64,000 bases of DNA from the human T2T-CHM13v2.0 reference genome, Homo sapiens: the NCBI RefSeq assembly GCF_009914755.1, contig NC_060930.1; one strand, written 5' to 3'. Of the stretch, positions 57,383-64,000 are shown one piece after another; positions within the stretch are counted from its first letter, which is position 1, and the number at the start of each line of letters is the position of its first letter. The notes below the pieces were generated by a model that was given only the letters and a program-made list of their open reading frames with translations, was not told the origin of the DNA and searched no databases. Both the position numbers and the translations under genes were made by a program.

Positions 57383-57412
57383 TGTGTGTGTGTGTGTATG
57401 TGTGTGTGTGTG
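57347..57412. repeat. (TG)n microsatellite
   Basis: ~32 TG units with two interruptions. Confidence 0.95.
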
Positions 57413-57835
57413 TATTAGTATGGGTCCTCTACAGAAACAGATCAATAGGAGATGTGTGTGTGTATGAGAGAGAGAGAGAGAGAGAGAGAGACTTCAAAGA
57501 TTGGCTCCCATAATTATGGGTGTAAAAACACAAAATCTGCAGGGTAGGCTGGCAGGCTGAACACCCAAGAAGGAGTTGTAGTTCTAGCCCAAAGGCAGTC
57601 TGCAGGCAGAATTCCCTCTTCACTGAGAGAGATAAGTACTTTCCTACTAAGGTCTTCAACTGATTGGATGAGGCCCACCTACATTATGAAGAGCAATCAA
57701 CTTTGCTTAAGTCTACTGATTTGAATGTTAATCCCATCTAAAAATATGCCTTCATAGAAACATCTAGAATAATGTTTGACCAAGTATGTGGGTACTGTAA
57801 CTTAGCAAAGTTGACACATAAAATTAATCATCACA
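57411..57835 (-). mobile_element. MLT2 (ERVL) LTR with internal (TG)/(GA) repeat
   Basis: cttcaactgattggatgaggcccacc; aagttgacacataaaattaatcatcaca terminus. Confidence 0.85.
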
Positions 57836-57998
57836 GTATAAAAGAGGATTATTTTAAAATGTACATGTATAAATATATATGAAATAGTAGTACTAATTTA
57901 TATCAATATATAAATTTTTCAATGTGATTTAAAAATTAGAATGATTTTTTTAAAAGTTCTGTCTTTATGAGAGCTTAACATTTTAGGCTATCAGTATC

Positions 57999-58391
57999 TG
58001 TTATGTGCTGAATTATAATCCCCCCAAAATACAGATGCTGAAGCTCTAATTCTATCCTACTTCAGAATGTAACAGTATTTGGAATAATCTTTATGGAGTC
58101 TTTAATTAAGTTAAAATGAACTGATTAGTGAGGCCCCTAATACAATATAACTGGTGTCTTTATAAGAAGAGGAAATTTGTATACAGTTGTGTACAAAGAA
58201 AAGACCATGTGAAAACAGAGAGAAGAAAATAATCTCCAAGTCAAGAGGAGAGGCCTCAGAAGATACCAACTCTGCCAACACCTGCTTAATCTCATACTTC
58301 AAGCCTTCAGAACTGTGAGAAAGTAAATTTTTGTTACTTAAGCTACCCAGTCTGTGGTCCTTTGTTATGACAACCCTAGCAAACTAATACT
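57999..58391 (+). mobile_element. MLT1B/A0 MaLR LTR
   Basis: tgttatgtgctgaatt...gactggtgtc-like...cagaactgtgagaaagtaaatt...gcaaactaatac; TSD gtatc/gtatt. Confidence 0.85.
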
Positions 58392-58756
58392 GTATTATTT
58401 AAAAATTTTCTTGCAAACTATGGAAAGCAAGAGAATAAAAAGCAAAGTCCATACCAATTCATGAAAATATGGTTATTATATAACCAGAAGAAATATTTGG
58501 ACTCTTTCCTTTGAACATTTTATAAACTTTATAGATAAATATAAAAATAGGGGACCATGGCCAAAGGAAAAAGGGCTTATTATTCAAAATAACAAACTAC
58601 TACCTGGATACTGTCACTGTGGAGTTCATCTATCTTTCAGTATGGAAATACATGAAACAAAAGTAGTAATACATCAGAATAATTGCAATAAATTCCACAG
58701 CCAACTGTCTCATATCCAAGTCATTCAGTCACCATTCCTCATGTGTCTAACACCAC

Positions 58757-59304
58757 TGTGTAGGGCAGGCAAGACTTTACCTTTACCCTCTTAGTGGTTT
58801 TTTTTTGGCTGGGCCTGATGAATAGGTTTCCATAAGATAGATCAACAGAAAAAAAAAGCATACAAATTTATTTAATACAAGTTTTACATGGCATAGGAGA
58901 CTTCTTTCCTTAAGAGAAGACTTCTTTCCTCCATTAAGGAAACGGAGACCCAAAGACGCAGGGTTGAATACTTACTGAATTGGAGAAAAAATAATATATT
59001 GTGAAGAAGCAACTAAATTATATGGGGAAACTAGAAGATAAGAGTTATTTTAACAAGATCTGTGCAGAATTCTCTCAGTTTTAACTTTGAGTTTTTAATA
59101 ATAAGAATGTTGCTTTCCTTCTAGTAGAGGGAGGGCATTTTTCACATGAGAATTTTACCTCCAACTTTTAAGAAACAGAAGGAAGGTCAGAGTGATCTCA
59201 CACCTGCTGTTTGTTAAGTGCTTTTAGCTCAAAATTATTCATATGCCAGTGGCATATATGTTCTGAGCGGCATATTTTGGGGTGGTGTACCCTGAACTCC
59301 TTCA
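58757..59304 (-). mobile_element. MER4-group ERV1 solo LTR (subfamily uncertain)
   Basis: Reverse complement starts tgaaggagttcagggtacaccaccccaaaatatgcc; TG...CA termini. Confidence 0.7.
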
Positions 59305-60270
59305 AGTTCAACACTCTATGAGGGAGGAGTAATAAGCAGCAGTATTCATCTCAAGGCCTTTGCCTTCTAATTAAGCCAATAAAGCTTAAAAGGCATATGC
59401 AAAAACCCAAACCATTAGAAAGAACTTTTAAAAATCGATTTTTAGGAAAATATACCATGAGAATGGTTTTAAGATATTTTCTTCCTATAATCTACAGTAA
59501 GAGATTTAGATTTTATTTTATAACCAAGTATTTACATAGATGCAAAAATTGCACAAATAAAACAGAAGCAAAATGTCAAGAAGGAATATTTACCCTTAAC
59601 TCTTATAGTATACTTTGATCTATTCTGTTCCATTTTACATCATTTTAGGTAGTATTAGCAAAACGTTAAATTAATACCATGAGAGACTAATGAATATTGC
59701 AAGAATATCACACTGAGAGATATTAGTAAAGACATAAAGATTTTAAGATAAAGGATTGGGTAATAGAGTAGACAAGAAAATCAACTGAATTTGAAATCAA
59801 AATACCTTGATTAAGTACAGTTCTGTATACTGGCTTTGTGGGCCGCTGTAAGTCACTCAAGAGCAATATTTTCTCATTTATAACACCAGTGGAGTCTGAA
59901 TTTCTCACCTATACAAACAGAAAATAAAATTTGCCTGTCCCTTCAAATATGGCATTTGTGAAAAATAGTGATAATGGATGTGGAGGCATTTTAATATTGT
60001 AATGTAACAAAAATTACTGTTTATTTGAATGATCAAATAGCTGGATAGACTAGACTGTTATGCTAAGTTTTAAAAGACTTATGGGCATTTTTACAGAAAT
60101 TTTCTTTTTTTAATTTTATCTTTATAGTAAAGAAGATATTTTGCAGCAACTGGACTATGGGGGGAAAAGCCCAGTAACAGGGGGCTTCTTTAAGTGAATG
60201 CATGCAGAAAGGTAATGCAGAAGCCAGAGACCATACTATTCTCAAGAGATGCAGCACATTTTTTGCCATC

Positions 60271-60662
60271 TGTGTTAATCTTCTAGGGCTTCTGCCAGAG
60301 CAAAGTACAACAAATTGGGTGGCTTAAATAACAGAAATGTATTTTCTCACAGTCCTGGAGGCTAGAAGTCCCAGATCAAGGCATCAGCAGAGTTAGTTTC
60401 CCTGAAGCCTCTCTCCTTGGCTTGGAGACCACCATCTTCTCCCTAGGTTTTCACACTGTATTTGCTCTCTACACGTCTGTGTAGCACTTCCTCTTCTTGT
60501 AAGGACACTAGTTATACTGGATTAGGCTCCATCCTGATAACTTCATTTTAACATGATTATTCCTAAAGATCCTATCTCCAAATATGGTCACATTCTGAGA
60601 TGTTGGGGCCTTAGGACTTCCAACGTACGTAATTATATGATGACAACATTCAGCTCATAACA
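60271..60662 (-). mobile_element. MLT1B/C MaLR LTR
   Basis: gggtggcttaaataacagaaatgtattttctcacagtcctggaggctagaagtcc...cagctcataaca; TSD ccatc/ccata. Confidence 0.88.
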
Positions 60663-60667
60663 CCATA

Positions 60668-61016
60668 TGCTATGGTTTTAATATGTTACCAAAAGTTCAT
60701 GTGTTAGAAACTTAATTGCCATTGTGATGGTATTAACAGGTGGGGCCTTTAAGAGGTGATTTGATCATGAGGGCTTCACTCTCTTGAAATGATTAATGTC
60801 CTTATCTCAAGGCTGGGCTCCTGATAAAAGGATAAGTTTGACCCCCATTTTCTCTGTCATACTTCCCTTTCCATCATGTTATGACCCTTGCCAGATGCCA
60901 GTGTCATGCTCTTAAAATTCTCAGCCTCCATAATTGTGAGTCAAATAAACTTCTGTTCTTTATAAATTACCCAGTTTGTGGTATTTGGTTATAGCAGCAG
61001 AAAATGCACTAAGACA
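60668..61016 (+). mobile_element. MST (MSTB/C/D) MaLR LTR
   Basis: tgctatggttttaat...ggtggggcctttaagaggtgatt...gttatagcagcagaaaatgcactaagaca; TSD ccata/tcatc. Confidence 0.88.
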
Positions 61017-62461
61017 TCATCTAATTGATTTATTGTTAGCTATACTCCATTACTTAATAATAATGAAAACATGTCATTTATTTTTGCAGTTTTGTATATA
61101 ACCAACATTAAGCCATTGATTTTTTTTCAGTGATTCAACATTGAATCATCTCTGTATTATCAAAATGGCCATATCTCATTGATAATTTACCAAATCATAT
61201 TGATATTAAATAAGATCAATAATTATTTAACAAAAATCACTCTTTGCTTCTTCCTTTTCACAGAAAAGAAGATGTGTTAAAAAAAAAAAAAAAGTATAGC
61301 AACTTGATTATTTCCCACCTTGAATATGGAGGTAGTATTTGTTTCTTTGGAGACACTTTTTTTAAAGCAGAAATTAACATATTCAAAAAGTAAAATGAGG
61401 ATGCTGAGATAAAATATTAATATGTTCATATATTTAGGAGTAAATAAAAGCTTTGATTGCTACTAAATTTTGTTTTGTGTTGCTTAAGTCCCCACCGAAG
61501 TATGTAGAAACTTTTATTTCTTTTTGCAGCTTTTCAAAGCAGCAAAGGCTAATAAAAATTCATTTTAATTAGAAACAATACATTACAGTATTTTCAGATA
61601 CAGACATAAATGCATTCCCATAATTTCAAGCTGTATATAAACTTTATATTCTTATTTAGAATTTACATACCTATACAAACTCTTTTATTTACAGTGAACA
61701 TCACCACATTCCTTTAATAAGATTGAGCAGATGAGATATTTATCAAGTATTCTGGAAACAATGAAAAATTATCTTTGTTTATATTAAGAAAAAATTATCA
61801 TTGCAGAAATGTTAAGCATCAGGAAAAAAGGTACATAAGTCAGGGATTTTTAAGAGATTCTCAGCTGAACAATAGGTCCCATTTTCTTGGAGAAAAAGAG
61901 GATGGCTGAGATTAAACTAGGTTCATTTAAAGAACACTGCCATTGTCTGACTATCCAAGGAAGTCTTAGTACAATGCTACTCATACCACCTTCATCCAGA
62001 AATCTCTAGTGGGAGGTGTAGGAGGAGCATTAAGCAAAATTCCAGGCCTTACTCTTTTCACACTGATCAGTTCAGGAGCCTGCATCCCACCTCTCTGCTG
62101 AAGATGAGGGAAAATCTCTAACAGTAAACTGTCGATGTAAGGAAAAAGTGTTTCCTCATTGGAGACAATATATATAAATGAGGATTTTACCTGCCCAGAT
62201 AAGAAAGTAAGAAATATTTAATTATTAACTCATTTAAGTTTTTGAGTATACTGTGTAACTTGCATATAGTATACTTAGAGTGGAAATGTCACATAAACAG
62301 GAGAGACTTGACCCCATCCCCATGCAGTTCACATTCCACTAGGGAGAGGCATACAGTAAATAATACGTGTATAAAAGCAAATTTTAGTGTTTCTCATATA
62401 AACAGTGGATTATCTGATAGTGTCCTAATTACATAGAATATTCAGAGACTTTCTCTTTGAT

Positions 62462-62594
62462 TAAAGTGACCAGTAACTTCTCATCTCCATTGTGTCACAT
62501 TTGAAAGTGACAGGTGACACATCAGCAATTACACTGGGACAACAGTTGTAAATCCAAGCTAACCAGAACATAACCAGGGTATATGGTTACTCTG
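62462..62594 (-). mobile_element. MER94/MER81-type hAT-Blackjack MITE
   Basis: Decayed TIRs taaagtgacca ... tggttactctg; internal ctgggacaacag. Confidence 0.6.
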
Positions 62595-62774
62595 TCTTCA
62601 AATGTAGTTTCAGTTTAGCTGAGATTAAAAAAAAAAAAAAGAACAGAAATCAATAAAGTAGAAAATAAGGGAAAAGAGTACTTTAAGTGGTAGAACAGCA
62701 TATACACTGAGATCTTTCTCTGCCTAAAGAATGAAAAATGTCTAATGTGGCCAGCACAGACTGACTTAGTCCAA

Positions 62775-63481
62775 AGCCCAGCAAACTATGTCCCTCAGTT
62801 CAAATGCCGTCTATGCTTTTATAAACAATCAAATTAGAACACAGCCACAACCCTTTGATGTACTATTCTCTATTGCTCTTTCATGCTGCAACAGCAGAGT
62901 TAAAGGACTTATAGAAAAAACTTCTAGGCCTGGATCTATCTACAAGGAGACATGAGCTTCTCACTGACGTTACCATGTATTATGTCCCACTGAGACACCA
63001 TCACCTTTAGCAATCCAGGCTCATGTAGGAGGTATCTGAACTGACCACAGCTCCTGGACAATGATTTGGACAGCTTGCCACCCTGCTGAAGGTACCAGCC
63101 TTTCACCTTTAATGAGGCTCATTCCTGTCCTCCTCACAGGGACCTTTTATACTCCTTCCATATGGCATCTAGGGCCCAGAGTGTTTGGCAAACAAATCAA
63201 GTTATTTCACCTTTGAATCAGTTAGTTTTGCCCAGATTCCAGCTCCCTTCTGAATATACAGCATTTCCTCAGTTATATAGGTGCCTGTTGGTCAACAAAA
63301 TAACTCCTGCACTCTGCCCAACTCAACACTACCTGGACAAAAGTCTACTTCTTATTTTCGACAAATGTCAGACGCTATGAAAAAAAGACTAATTGACTAG
63401 TTACATTGGGGACCGTATGCCTCACAAAGCCTAAAATATTTGCTAACTGGCCATTTATAGAAAAAGTTTGCTAATCTCTGA
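62775..63481. mobile_element. MER58A DNA transposon split by a ~490 bp insert (pieces ~62775-62901 and ~63396-63481)
   Basis: cagcaaactatg...gaacacagccac...caacagcagagtt, resuming gactagtt...gaccgtatg...aaagcctaaaatattt...tagaaaaagtttgctaatctctg. Confidence 0.8.
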
Positions 63482-64000
63482 TCTAGGGAAAGATTAGCAT
63501 GAGGTGCAGTTGGAGAGGTAGGTGCCCTGCTATTAAGATAAAAATATCTCAGAGTCCTCAAAGCAATCATTATTGCAGTGATCCAATTTGAATATCCGTA
63601 ATTATAGAATGATAGAAGCATAAGATACCTCAAGAGACAAATCTGCCATCATTATATAAATGGATTATTCAGGTTGATAGTACATTTTCCACACAATTCA
63701 CCATTTGCTTCTTCCCTTAGTAATTTCCTTGGATAAAATAGAACTTCTCTTTTCAAATAGTCACATTAGTAATTTCAGCTAAATAATAAGGTGCATTTTG
63801 ATAGCTTATAATGGCCTAAACTGTGGAATATATAAAAGAAAAACAATACATGAATGATTACTATCCATTTATAATTTGTCCGTAGGATGAGAGTAAGAAA
63901 GAGTGATACATAAAAAAGGAAGAAGGAAAGAAAAGAATACAAAGGTCACATATAATCATGTACCAATACAACCCACATCTTGCAAATAATGAAACATAAT

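Overview
This is AT-rich, CpG-poor primate (human-like) nuclear DNA with no recognisable protein-coding exon, RNA gene or CpG island, so it is intergenic or deep intronic. Most of it is layered transposon fossils. These include about 12 Alu/FLAM copies, several L1 remnants (the largest a ~5.4 kb minus-strand L1MA with its 5' end intact), L2/MIR pieces and hAT DNA transposons. There are also many ERV/MaLR LTRs: MER21, THE1/MST, MER67-like > MER39-like > MER41B nested, a deleted two-LTR MER61-type provirus inside an L1PA, LTR12, LTR26-like, MLT1, MLT2 and MST. The ORF-track peptides are Alu/L1/LTR read-throughs or chance ORFs. I found no new multi-gene system. The most notable observations are (i) two locally templated insertions that look like template-switch/repair scars (12971-13190; 25676-25705), (ii) a still-readable, non-mammalian-type L2-clade reverse transcriptase fossil at ~40.4-41.1 kb, (iii) a cluster of LTRs with STAT1, p53-like and NF-Y motifs at 21.7-29.5 kb, (iv) a (GGAA)13/(GGGA)5 microsatellite, (v) two divergent MaLR LTRs sharing one target site, and (vi) an unidentified ~490 bp insert splitting a MER58A. 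Repeat subfamily names come from recalled consensus sequences, not a database search.
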